Part shown: positions 48,283 through 58,037 of the stretch, one piece after another | Layout of the letters: the number at the start of each line of letters is the position of its first letter | How positions within the stretch are numbered: position 1 is the first letter of the stretch | Virus record (IMG/VR): IMGVR_UViG_3300009158_002556 | Span: 1-64,000 of that record | Origin: a virus | Taxonomy: Duplodnaviria > Caudoviricetes | Strand: one strand, 5' to 3' | DNA: 64,000 bases | Translations under genes and position numbers: made by a program | Notes under the pieces: generated by a model | The model's database searches: none | Told to the model about the DNA's origin: nothing | Seen by the model: the letters and a program-made list of their open reading frames with translations, nothing else

Positions 48283-48501
48283 ATGGACCAATTTGTTACA
48301 ACAGTAAAACTAGATAATGAGTTGTACTCACAATTCAAAGAAATCAACGTCAGAAGCAAAATATCTTTTCAAGACTTTGTAAATAAGTGTCTGGAGAGAT
48401 ATATTGACGATGATAACTTTAGAAACGCAATCAGCGAAAGTGTTGTGCAAAAGTTGAGTTTCAATCGACCATTTCAACTTTCAAACCCTGAAGAAAAATA
48501 A
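48283..48501 (+). CDS. ribbon-helix-helix-like DNA-binding protein
   Basis: VTTVKLD (strand) - NELYSQFKEI (helix) - SFQDFVNKCLERYI (helix). Confidence 0.55.
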   Translation: MDQFVTTVKLDNELYSQFKEINVRSKISFQDFVNKCLERYIDDDNFRNAISESVVQKLSFNRPFQLSNPEEK

Positions 48502-49052
48502 TGAAAAAAAAGATACTATTATTAAGTGACGATTTAAGAATGCATAGTGGTGTTGCAACCATGAGTAGAGAGTTGGTATTAGGTTCTCTACATCACTATG
48601 ATTGGGTACAAGTCGCAGGAGCAATTAAACACCCAGAACAAGGTAAGGTTATCGACATGAAAGAAGCATGTGATAAACTAAATGGCAGAAACGACAACTA
48701 TTTGAGATTGTATCCAGCCGATGGATATGGTAACGAAGAATTGTTATTTCAAATAATTGCTCATGAAAAACCAGATGCTATTATGCACTTCACCGATCCT
48801 CGTTTCTGGAGTTGGTTGTATAATATCGAACATCAGATTCGTGCCAAGATTCCACTGACATATCTAGACATTTGGGATGATCTACCATATCCAATGTGGA
48901 ACAAGCCATTTTACAAGTGTTGTGACGCATTGTTTGCAATTAGTAAACAAACAGATAATATCAATAAGTGGGTACTAGGACCAGAAAATTGTACCAGTAT
49001 CTATGGTGATTTTGATAACAACGGAAACATTATAAAGAAGGAGAACCTATAA
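48501..49052 (+). CDS. GT-B glycosyltransferase, N-terminal Rossmann half
   Basis: KILLLSDD...SGVA; EKPDAIMHFTDP; IWDDLPYP; CDALFAISKQT. Confidence 0.75.
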   Translation: MKKKILLLSDDLRMHSGVATMSRELVLGSLHHYDWVQVAGAIKHPEQGKVIDMKEACDKLNGRNDNYLRLYPADGYGNEELLFQIIAHEKPDAIMHFTDPRFWSWLYNIEHQIRAKIPLTYLDIWDDLPYPMWNKPFYKCCDALFAISKQTDNINKWVLGPENCTSIYGDFDNNGNIIKKENL

Positions 49053-49053
49053 T

Positions 49054-50025
49054 ATGCCAGTTAACGGAAAACATCTATTACATTTAGTACCTCATGGTAT
49101 CAATAGTGACGAATTCAAACCACTTGATAACAAGCATAAATCTATTGTTAATTTGAAGAAAGAATATTTCAAAGATAAGGACTATAGTTTCGTAATCGGT
49201 TTCAATAGCAGAAATGCTCATCGTAAACATCCTGCGAATTTAATCCTAGCATTTAAATCGTTTTGTTCTACATTGACCAAAGAAGAAGCTGATAAATGTG
49301 CATTGTTACTTCACACAGATGAAGTTTGTGAAGCTGGTACTGATCTACCAACCACAACAAAAGCTATTGCTCCAGAATGCAATGTTATTTTTGATGATAG
49401 TCGAAAGACTCCCGAAGAAATGGTTGCTTTCTATAACATATGTGATGTTGTAGCAAATGTAAGTTCCAATGAAGGATTTGGTCTTAGTATCGCAGAATCA
49501 TTGATGTGTGAAACTCCAGTTATTGCTGCCGTCACTGGCGGTCTACAAGATCAATTGGGTATTACAGATGATAATGGTAATCCAGTTGAATTCACACGTG
49601 ACTTTGGTACAAATTGTACAGGAAGATATAAGAACCATGGCAAGTGGGCTAAGCCAGTATGGACCAAGGTACACAATATGCAAGGCAGTCCTCCTACACC
49701 ATATATTTTGGATGACATGACCAATTATAGTGATATTGCAGATGCGATCATGTATTGGTACTTGGTTGGTCCAGAAAAGCGTGAAGAATGTGGTAAAGAA
49801 GGTCGTCGTTGGGCAATGAATGAAGGTGGTATTAATTCAAAGAATATGTGCGACCAATTTATCAAAGCAATGGACTTCACATTAAATAACTTTAAGCCTG
49901 TTAATAAGTTTGACTTGTTTACATTCGATGGATATAATACCAAATCATTACCAGATAATGCTTTGGGATTTGATTTACACAAAATTGATATCGACGAAAT
50001 TAAAAAGGAAATAGCTACTCTATGA
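49054..50025 (+). CDS. GT-B (GT4) glycosyltransferase, C-terminal half
   Basis: VPHGIN, NSRNAHRK, YNICDV...SNEGFGLS.AESL, TGGLQDQ. Confidence 0.8.
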   Translation: MPVNGKHLLHLVPHGINSDEFKPLDNKHKSIVNLKKEYFKDKDYSFVIGFNSRNAHRKHPANLILAFKSFCSTLTKEEADKCALLLHTDEVCEAGTDLPTTTKAIAPECNVIFDDSRKTPEEMVAFYNICDVVANVSSNEGFGLSIAESLMCETPVIAAVTGGLQDQLGITDDNGNPVEFTRDFGTNCTGRYKNHGKWAKPVWTKVHNMQGSPPTPYILDDMTNYSDIADAIMYWYLVGPEKREECGKEGRRWAMNEGGINSKNMCDQFIKAMDFTLNNFKPVNKFDLFTFDGYNTKSLPDNALGFDLHKIDIDEIKKEIATL

Positions 50026-50702
50026 AAATTCAAGTATTAAAAAACGAAGACTATCAAGGTGTAGATAATCTACCCAAAAAAGGTACAGATAGAGCTACGG
50101 GTTATGATGTAGTTGCTACAAGTGAACCAGAAATTGTTGGTGAAACAAAAGATAATATCACATATACCAGAGTAGATTATATTCAATATAAGACTAACCT
50201 TAAACTATCTGTACAAAAAGATCGTCAATTCAGTAACTTTGGTTATACAGATATTGATCATGATGTATTAGCATTTCCACGTAGTAGTGTTAGCAAGTAC
50301 AATTTAGTACTGGCTAATTGTATTGGATTAATTGACGCAGATTATCGTGGGGAAGTATTACTTCGTTTCAAATATATCTGGCAACCAGAAGATTATAAAA
50401 TTACAAAGGATAATCTTTTGGAAGGTATCGTCAATATCAACAAAATCTACAAAAAAGGTGATAAAGTTTGTCAACTCAAAGCAACTAAAGTAGAAAATGT
50501 AGAATTTGTTTTAGTGAACGAGTTGGATTCTACCAAGAGAGGTGATGGTGGTTTTGGAAGCACAGATACAAAGAAAGCTCCAACTGCCGAAGATGCTAGT
50601 AAACATATGAATACAATGGAAGCAATTTATACAAAATTAGGCGGTACTAACTATGTACCAAAAAAGTATGTGGAAATAATGAAAGAAAGGAACTTACAAT
50701 AA
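50022..50702 (+). CDS. dut: trimeric dUTPase
   Basis: ATGYDV, PRSS, GLIDADYRGE, CQL, RGDGGFGSTD. Confidence 0.92.
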   Translation: MKIQVLKNEDYQGVDNLPKKGTDRATGYDVVATSEPEIVGETKDNITYTRVDYIQYKTNLKLSVQKDRQFSNFGYTDIDHDVLAFPRSSVSKYNLVLANCIGLIDADYRGEVLLRFKYIWQPEDYKITKDNLLEGIVNINKIYKKGDKVCQLKATKVENVEFVLVNELDSTKRGDGGFGSTDTKKAPTAEDASKHMNTMEAIYTKLGGTNYVPKKYVEIMKERNLQ

Positions 50703-50703
50703 T

Positions 50704-52047
50704 ATGAACAAACCGTTGTGTGTAATTCAGGCACCAGTTTTTAATCGTAGTGGTTATGGAGATTGGGCTACTACAATCGCCAAGAGTCTAATTCGTCAAG
50801 ATAAATACGACTTAAAGATTCTACCAACACGTTGGGGTAATTGTCAAACCAAGAGATTCGTAGAAGAGTTAAATGATCCAAATGATCAAGTACTATTCTC
50901 TAAGTTCCTACAAAAAGGATTGGATAAACAACCAGACTTATTTATTCAAGTTACCATTCCAAATGAATTTCAAAAGGTTGGTAAGTATAACATTGGTATG
51001 ACCGCCGGTATTGAAACTACCGCTTGTGCAGGTGAGTGGATTGAAGGTGTAAATCGTATGGATCTAACCATTGGTCTATCAAATCATGTTAAGAAAACAT
51101 TCCAAGATACCAAATACAAAAAGAAATCGGAAAATGGTAAAGAAGAGCCCATCGAAGTAAACAAACCAATGGAAGTTTGTTTTTGGGGAGCCAACACAGA
51201 TATCTATAAGAAAACTGACATCATTGAACCAAACGTTGATAGTGCTTTGTCCAAGATTTCAGAAAAATATGCATTTTTGTTTGTTGGTCAATGGACGCAT
51301 CAAGGTTTATACAATGATCGTAAAGATATTGGAAACCTTATCAAAACATTTTGTAATACGTTCAAGAACTTTGATGTAAATAATAGACCTTGTTTGATTC
51401 TAAAGACAAATGGTGCTGGTTACTCAACCGTTGATCGATTTGATACACTAGAAAGAATCAATAAGATTCGTGATAGTGTAAGTCCAAATTCTCCAAGTGT
51501 TTATCTATTACATGGTGAATTGAATGATGTTGAAATGAATAGTTTGTTCAACCATCCAAAGGTAATCAGTCACATATCATTTACCCATGGTGAAGGTTTT
51601 GGTCATCCTATGTTGTTATCAACATTAAGCGGTAAGCCACTTCTTGCTCCAAACTGGAGTGGTCATTTGGACTATTTGAATCCAGCAAATGCAAATCTAT
51701 TGCCTGGTACTTTGGTTGATGTTGATAAAAAATCAGTTAATGAGTGGATCATCAAGGAAAGTAAGTGGTTTAGAGTATCTTATTCACTCGCTGAAGATAA
51801 GATGAAGTACATTTATCAGCACAGAAACAATGATAAAGTTATTCAAAAAGCTGAATATCTACGTGCTGAAAATGCTGAGAAGTTTAGTTTACAAGCAATG
51901 GATACCAAGTTGTGGTCTATATTGGATAAATATGTTCCAGTATTTGCCACTGAGAATAAGTTTGTTCTACCCAAATTAAAATCAGTTGGTAGTTTAGTTG
52001 CGAATGCAACCGATAAATTAGTATTACCAAAGTTAAAGATGCAATAA
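50704..52047 (+). CDS. GT-B (GT4-like) glycosyltransferase
   Basis: RSGYG, AGIET, FLFVGQW, RKDIGNLIKTF, THGEGFG, APNWSGHLD. Confidence 0.82.
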   Translation: MNKPLCVIQAPVFNRSGYGDWATTIAKSLIRQDKYDLKILPTRWGNCQTKRFVEELNDPNDQVLFSKFLQKGLDKQPDLFIQVTIPNEFQKVGKYNIGMTAGIETTACAGEWIEGVNRMDLTIGLSNHVKKTFQDTKYKKKSENGKEEPIEVNKPMEVCFWGANTDIYKKTDIIEPNVDSALSKISEKYAFLFVGQWTHQGLYNDRKDIGNLIKTFCNTFKNFDVNNRPCLILKTNGAGYSTVDRFDTLERINKIRDSVSPNSPSVYLLHGELNDVEMNSLFNHPKVISHISFTHGEGFGHPMLLSTLSGKPLLAPNWSGHLDYLNPANANLLPGTLVDVDKKSVNEWIIKESKWFRVSYSLAEDKMKYIYQHRNNDKVIQKAEYLRAENAEKFSLQAMDTKLWSILDKYVPVFATENKFVLPKLKSVGSLVANATDKLVLPKLKMQ

Positions 52048-52048
52048 T

Positions 52049-52696
52049 ATGTTTTTGTCATATCTAGTTACTTGTCATAACGAAACCTCTAGCTTAGATA
52101 AACTACTATCCAAGTTAGTACAAAATAAAAAAGATAACCATGAAATTGTTCTTCTTGATGATTATTCGGATAATCCAGAGTCTTTGGAGATTATACAAAA
52201 ATATAAAGAAAAAACGTCGTTCCATCAACACAAACTAGATCGTAACTATGGCGCACACAAAAACTATGGTATTGAACAATGCAAAGGTACTTGGATATTT
52301 CAGCTTGATGGAGATGAATATCCAACAGATCTTCTTTTGGAAAATATAGATGTGGTGTTGGAATCTAATGTTGATAACGAAGTACTTTGGTTGCCAAGAC
52401 TCAATTACTTTACAGGTGTTACTGAGTTAGATGTAAAGACTTGGGGTTGGAATTATCAAGATGGTATGATAAACTATCCAGATTACCAATCCCGTATCTA
52501 TAGAAATCTTTCACATATTCGATATCAACGTAGACTACATGAAAAGGTTGAGGGATTTAAATCGTATACATTTGTTCCTCCACAAAAGGATTATGCAATC
52601 GTACATGAGAAAACTATTGAAAAGCAACGTCAAACCAACTTAAACTATAACAAACTCTTCAGTGAGGACGAAAATAAAGGATATAACGTAAGATGA
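52049..52696 (+). CDS. GT2 glycosyltransferase
   Basis: VTCHNE, LLDDYS, WIFQLDGDE, PDYQSRIY, LHEKV. Confidence 0.85.
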   Translation: MFLSYLVTCHNETSSLDKLLSKLVQNKKDNHEIVLLDDYSDNPESLEIIQKYKEKTSFHQHKLDRNYGAHKNYGIEQCKGTWIFQLDGDEYPTDLLLENIDVVLESNVDNEVLWLPRLNYFTGVTELDVKTWGWNYQDGMINYPDYQSRIYRNLSHIRYQRRLHEKVEGFKSYTFVPPQKDYAIVHEKTIEKQRQTNLNYNKLFSEDENKGYNVR

Positions 52697-53328
52697 AACA
52701 CATAAACTATTTTGATTTGGGACTTTGGAAAAGAGCAGATGAATTACATTATATGGTAGATGTTATATTACCACAATTTAAAAATATTACATATACAGCA
52801 TATGGAATTGAAGCGCATCCAGAGTATGCGAATGACATAAAAAACAAGTATCGTAATAATCCTAATGTAAAAATATTTAATAAAGCAATTTCAAATAATG
52901 TTTCTAAATCTAAATTATTTATATCCGATATCAATAATGGTTTGGGAAATTCAATATTTAAAACAAAAAATAATGTTAATATAAACTCTTATGTTGAAGT
53001 AGAAACTACACCTTTTTCTGATTGGTTAAAAGAAAATGAAATAGATTTATCTAATAGTATTAATATACTAAAAGTTAATATAGAAGGCGCGGAATTATTT
53101 CTGTGGGAAGATTTTAAAAAAAATAATTTAAGAGATAGTTTTCATATATTGTGCGGTCATCCTTCTCATGACATACATAAAGTTTCCGAATTATGTAATC
53201 GAATAGATTATTATAACTCACTTTTAGTAGAATTAAATATAAATTTAATGTACTTCTGTCATACGAATAGTCGAGTATCCACAGACAATATGACCACATC
53301 TATAACAAATTTTTTAAAAAATGAATAA
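52693..53328 (+). CDS. FkbM-family methyltransferase
   Basis: YFDLG, GIEAHP, KAIS, ILKVNIEGAE. Confidence 0.8.
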   Translation: MKHINYFDLGLWKRADELHYMVDVILPQFKNITYTAYGIEAHPEYANDIKNKYRNNPNVKIFNKAISNNVSKSKLFISDINNGLGNSIFKTKNNVNINSYVEVETTPFSDWLKENEIDLSNSINILKVNIEGAELFLWEDFKKNNLRDSFHILCGHPSHDIHKVSELCNRIDYYNSLLVELNINLMYFCHTNSRVSTDNMTTSITNFLKNE

Positions 53329-54103
53329 TATCATGTCGAATAAAAAAATAGCATACTGCATGGTAGGTTGCATAGGTGGTTTACAAGGTAAAAATCATCA
53401 AAAACTATCAGGATCTGAACTCGTTTTAGAAAACGTATCCAAAAGTTTTTTTAACAACGTCTATAAGGACAATATAGACGTTTTCATCCATTCTTGGGAT
53501 ACACACTTACACGAATCGTATTGTAAGATATATAATCCTAAAAAAATAAAGATAGAAGAACAGATAGTTTTTAATATACCAAAACACATTGATAATACTC
53601 CTCGTGCGCAGGCACATTTTAGTAGATGGTATAGTACAAATGAAGTATATAAACTTACAGACGAATATGAAAAAGAAAACAATATAAAATACGATCTTAT
53701 AGTTCTAACCAGATTAGATTTGTATTGGTTGCAAAAAGTAAATCTTTCTGAATTGAATTCGAATCTAATTAATTTAGATCAAGTCATTATGCCATATGGA
53801 ATATATGGAAGTAAAGATTCAATTGAATTAGCGGATAGATTTATCGCTTCCAATAAGAAAAATATAGAATTAGTTTCGACTTTATACAACAATATATCTG
53901 ATTATATGTTACCAAATAGATGTGGTAACTGGAATGGAATTTCTAGTCATTTCTTGTTACCATATCATTTGAAAGAATTAGGATTAAGAAATAAAGTAGA
54001 GTTTCCTTATTTTTATCACGATAAAGCGGCATTAAAACCTTTGAATGAAAGTCATTTAACAATTGCGAGAGATATTTACGAAAAAACACATTTTAAAAAA
54101 TAA
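53321..54103 (+). CDS. putative glycosyltransferase-like protein
   Basis: KIAYCMVG, DVFIHSW, YNPKK..IEEQ, YDLIVLTRLD, DRF. Confidence 0.55.
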   Translation: MNNIMSNKKIAYCMVGCIGGLQGKNHQKLSGSELVLENVSKSFFNNVYKDNIDVFIHSWDTHLHESYCKIYNPKKIKIEEQIVFNIPKHIDNTPRAQAHFSRWYSTNEVYKLTDEYEKENNIKYDLIVLTRLDLYWLQKVNLSELNSNLINLDQVIMPYGIYGSKDSIELADRFIASNKKNIELVSTLYNNISDYMLPNRCGNWNGISSHFLLPYHLKELGLRNKVEFPYFYHDKAALKPLNESHLTIARDIYEKTHFKK

Positions 54104-54106
54104 TCT

Positions 54107-56023
54107 ATGAAAACAATTTATAAACCTTGGGGAAGAGAAGAATGGTTGGAATTAAATGAAAAATATTGTTATAAACGTATTTACATTAACGCTGGATACA
54201 AGACGAGTTATCAATACCACAATTTTAAACGTGAAACCAATTATATTATTTCTGGCCAGGCAGAAATTTGGTTGGAAAATAATAACGGCGTAGTTGAAAA
54301 AACAATAATGAGCGCCGGTGAGTATTTTAACGTAACACCACCTAAAAAGCATAGAGTAATAGCTTTAACTGATATTATTCTGCAAGAAGTATCTACACCC
54401 GAAGTAGACGATGTAATTCGATTAGAAGATGATACCAATAGAAAAGATGGTAAGATTGAATCGGAACATCAAACTCCTTCTGTATTGATCCTTGCTGCTG
54501 GATTAGGTAGTCGATTGAAACATCACACCGAATCTAAAAATAAAGCATTGTTGCCTATTAATAACAAAGCTATCATTTCATATATAATCGACAAATTTCC
54601 TAAGAACTACGAGTTGGTAGTTGCCGTGGGTTATAAGAAGGATTCATTGATTGAATATTGTACAGTAGCACATCCCGATAGAAAGTTTACGTTTGTTCAT
54701 GTAGATAAATGGGAAAATCCCAATGTAGGACCTGGTTATTCAACTTTAAAGTGTAAACAACATTTACAAAAGCCATTCTATATAATTACAGCCGATTGTT
54801 TAATCGATTCAGAACTTCCTTCTATTGACGGAAATTGGTTGGGTGTATATCCTACTAGTTATCCAGAAAAATATTCAACGATTAACGTAGATCCAAACGG
54901 AAACGTATTAGACTTTAAAAATAAATGTAAAAATGGTTATGACCAAGCATTTATAGGATTAGCCAGTGTTTTCGATTACGAAATTTTCTGGAAAGAATTG
55001 GAAACAAATACCACTGACTATGAACTAGTATCAGCTTGGTTTAATTCTAAAAAATATTCTACACTAAAATCGAAAGAACTAAAATGGTTTGATACTGGCA
55101 ATTTGGATGATATTCAAAATACAAAATCGCATTTTAAAGACGTTCCATTGTCATTACATAAAAATATAGACGAAATTACGTATAAAATTAACAATAAATT
55201 CTTGAAGTTTAATGCAGATGTTCAGATTACCAATAACAGATGTAATAGAGGACTAAAATTAAGATCATTGGTACCAAATAACTTAAGATCAAATAACAAC
55301 TTTCTTTCATATGATTGGACAGATGGCATTACATTATATGAATACAATTCTTATAATATCTACTCTAAGTTTCTGCCATTTTTTAAGAACACAATTGATA
55401 ATTCAAAAACGTGGTTAGATTCAAATCTCATTAGTAAATTTTACGTAGATAAAACAAACGTAAGAAAAAAAATGTTTTTAAATTTGTACGGCGATGACTT
55501 TCTAAATAAAAGGTTTAATATCAACGACGTTGAATATCCATCAATGTCTGAGTTACTAGATAAAGTAGATTTTCCATCGTTGTCCTCTAATTTACTATAT
55601 TCTAATTTTCACGGAGACCTACAATTCGATAATATCATTTATAATACAAAAGATGATAAATTCACATATATTGATTGGAGAGAATCTTTTGCGGGAGATA
55701 CTAATGGTGGTGATTTATATTATGATTTAGGAAAACTGTATGGCGGATGTTTGTTACCATACAATTTGTTGAAAAATGCACACTATGTTAATTTCACAGC
55801 CGGTCATTCTTATATCAAATATGACTATCAAATTAACGATTCTTTAAAGGAATTTACAAGTACATACGAAAATTGGTTGACTAGTAATGGCTATAATTTA
55901 AACAAGGTCAAATTGATTACAGGTTTAATCTATCTAAACATGTCTCCGCTACATGATTCAAAGTTTAATAAACTTTTATGGTTTAAATCAATTGAACTAT
56001 TAAATGAATGTGTCAATAAATAA
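54107..56023 (+). CDS. three-domain fusion: cupin + sugar-phosphate nucleotidyltransferase + APH/choline-kinase-like domain
   Basis: KPWG...YQYH..K.ET...EVSTP (cupin, to about 54470); LILAAGLGSRL...KALL...WFDTG; FHGDLQFDNII...IDWR...YDLGKL. Confidence 0.82.
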   Translation: MKTIYKPWGREEWLELNEKYCYKRIYINAGYKTSYQYHNFKRETNYIISGQAEIWLENNNGVVEKTIMSAGEYFNVTPPKKHRVIALTDIILQEVSTPEVDDVIRLEDDTNRKDGKIESEHQTPSVLILAAGLGSRLKHHTESKNKALLPINNKAIISYIIDKFPKNYELVVAVGYKKDSLIEYCTVAHPDRKFTFVHVDKWENPNVGPGYSTLKCKQHLQKPFYIITADCLIDSELPSIDGNWLGVYPTSYPEKYSTINVDPNGNVLDFKNKCKNGYDQAFIGLASVFDYEIFWKELETNTTDYELVSAWFNSKKYSTLKSKELKWFDTGNLDDIQNTKSHFKDVPLSLHKNIDEITYKINNKFLKFNADVQITNNRCNRGLKLRSLVPNNLRSNNNFLSYDWTDGITLYEYNSYNIYSKFLPFFKNTIDNSKTWLDSNLISKFYVDKTNVRKKMFLNLYGDDFLNKRFNINDVEYPSMSELLDKVDFPSLSSNLLYSNFHGDLQFDNIIYNTKDDKFTYIDWRESFAGDTNGGDLYYDLGKLYGGCLLPYNLLKNAHYVNFTAGHSYIKYDYQINDSLKEFTSTYENWLTSNGYNLNKVKLITGLIYLNMSPLHDSKFNKLLWFKSIELLNECVNK

Positions 56024-56657
56024 GGATACAAAAATATATTGTAGTTTTAGCAAAACAGCCGGTAATAAAGGATGTGAATTCTTTAACAAATCATTTGCAA
56101 AATATAATATAGATGCCTTATACAAATCGTTTTCTATTAATAATATAAACGATGCTTATAAAGCGGCACTTTGTCTTAAATTTTCAGGTTGTGCAATTGC
56201 TATGCCTTTTAAAAAACAAGCATACGAACTTGTAACATATAAAGATGAAAGTGCCGAATTAAGCAAATCTGTAAATACTATTATATTCGATCATAATACA
56301 GATACATCTATAGGGTATAATACAGATTATTATGCTACAGACATCATTCTTAAACCTTATATAAAAACCTATAAAATTATTAACATACTAGGCAACGGCG
56401 GATTATCTACCGCCGTTCAAGCTAAATGTCGTGATTTAGGATTTGAAGTAAATCTAATAACAAGAGAAAACTGGAATACAATTAAAGATTTAAAAGATTC
56501 GTTAATATTTAATTGTACGTCTGTTAATAATATAGAGGTAAAACCAAACAACGTTTTTATAGATTGTATAATAGGAACCAGCACAGGCGACGAGTTTCAT
56601 AAGTATCAATCACATAAACAATTTACGTTATATACAAATCTAATATATGAAGTATAG
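56004..56657 (+). CDS. shikimate-dehydrogenase-like (AroE fold) oxidoreductase
   Basis: AIAMPFK, SVNTI, GYNTDY, ILGNGGLS, IFNCT. Confidence 0.75.
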   Translation: MNVSINKDTKIYCSFSKTAGNKGCEFFNKSFAKYNIDALYKSFSINNINDAYKAALCLKFSGCAIAMPFKKQAYELVTYKDESAELSKSVNTIIFDHNTDTSIGYNTDYYATDIILKPYIKTYKIINILGNGGLSTAVQAKCRDLGFEVNLITRENWNTIKDLKDSLIFNCTSVNNIEVKPNNVFIDCIIGTSTGDEFHKYQSHKQFTLYTNLIYEV

Positions 56658-57642
56658 GTATGGAATAGGAGTGATGTCCAAAAATATTGTAGACGAGTGT
56701 ATAAATTATGCTAATAATTTTAATGTAAACATTGCTTTCATACCATCACGTAGACAAGTAGACAACGATGGTGGTTATGTAAACAACTGGACAACCGAAA
56801 CATTTTCTTATTATGTTAAATCAAAAACGAGTAATATAATACTTAAAAGAGATCACGGCGGTCCACATCAAGGAAAGTACGTAGATGATGGTACCATTTC
56901 ATTATATAATGATTGTATATACTTTGATTCTATACACATAGATCCTTGGAAAATTGCAAATAACTTTTATGAAGGGTGTGTATTAACCAAAGATCTTATT
57001 AAATTTTGTCACAACAAAAACAAAAATATTTGGTTTGAAATAGGCACAGAACAATCAATATTTCACTATGAATCAGATCAACTACACGATCTTATCAGTT
57101 ATTTAAAAAACAATTTGTCAAGTGGTGAGTATGAACAAATCAAGTATGGTGTAATACAGAGTGGTACGTCTTTAAAAGAAAATAAAAACACGGGGTCGTA
57201 TAATAATCAAAGATTGGTTGATATGGTCTCTATATGTAAGAAGTTTGGTTTGTTGTCTAAAGAACACAACGGAGATTATCTACCGTTACAATTAATCGAA
57301 GAAAAGTTTTACTATGGATTAGATGCTATTAATATAGCACCGGAGTTTGGTCAGATAGAAACAAAAACATATCTTGATGAAGTAAGATATAGTTCGTTGT
57401 TTGAAACTTTTTTTGATATCTGTTATTCTTCAAAGAAATGGGAAAAATGGGTTGACAAATCTTTTAATCCATTTATAAATAAAGAACGATTAATCAATAT
57501 ATGTGGACACTATGTGTTATCTACAGATAGATTCGTTAACGAAATTAAAAATAAAGTGAGATACGATATAGATAATCTCATACGAGAAAACATCAGAAAT
57601 AAACTAAATGAATTATACAAAACCAAAAACGATATTTTGTGA
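56647..57642 (+). CDS. GatZ/KbaZ/UxaE-like TIM-barrel (putative ketose epimerase/aldolase)
   Basis: SRRQVD..GGY, RDHGGP, IHIDP, FEIGTE, VIQSGT, KEHNGDY, NIAPEFG. Confidence 0.72.
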   Translation: MKYRYGIGVMSKNIVDECINYANNFNVNIAFIPSRRQVDNDGGYVNNWTTETFSYYVKSKTSNIILKRDHGGPHQGKYVDDGTISLYNDCIYFDSIHIDPWKIANNFYEGCVLTKDLIKFCHNKNKNIWFEIGTEQSIFHYESDQLHDLISYLKNNLSSGEYEQIKYGVIQSGTSLKENKNTGSYNNQRLVDMVSICKKFGLLSKEHNGDYLPLQLIEEKFYYGLDAINIAPEFGQIETKTYLDEVRYSSLFETFFDICYSSKKWEKWVDKSFNPFINKERLINICGHYVLSTDRFVNEIKNKVRYDIDNLIRENIRNKLNELYKTKNDIL

Positions 57643-57973
57643 TATAGATGGTACATTAGTTAAACACTATCCTCCTGATATAAATTCCGTGCCTGACTTT
57701 GAGTTAACTTTGTTGTCTGGTACATTGGAAACGCTCAGAGAATGGGATCGTAAAGGATATAATATAATACTTGTTACAGGTAGAAGAGAGAGTATGAGAC
57801 AATCAACAGAAAAACAATTAAAAAAAATAGGTATATTTTACGACCAACTAATTATGGGTATAGGCGGCGGACAACGTGTTATAATAAATGATTTTAAACC
57901 GAACAGTGACGAACCTACGGCAGCACACTTTTGTTTAAAAAGAAACGATGGTATATCAAGTTTAAATTTATAA
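57608..57973 (+). CDS. small HAD-family phosphatase
   Basis: IFCDIDGTL, LVTGR, YDQLIMG, IINDFKP. Confidence 0.8.
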   Translation: MNYTKPKTIFCDIDGTLVKHYPPDINSVPDFELTLLSGTLETLREWDRKGYNIILVTGRRESMRQSTEKQLKKIGIFYDQLIMGIGGGQRVIINDFKPNSDEPTAAHFCLKRNDGISSLNL

Positions 57974-58037
57974 AACGACATGTATATACAATTAAAAAAA
58001 TCTCAGCAACCGATATAACAGTGATTTTATAAATAAT

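Noticed and set aside
56004-56657. Aromatic amino-acid auxiliary metabolism via aroE
   Set aside because: No other shikimate-pathway genes, and the context is a sugar-nucleotide module, so a repurposed fold is more likely
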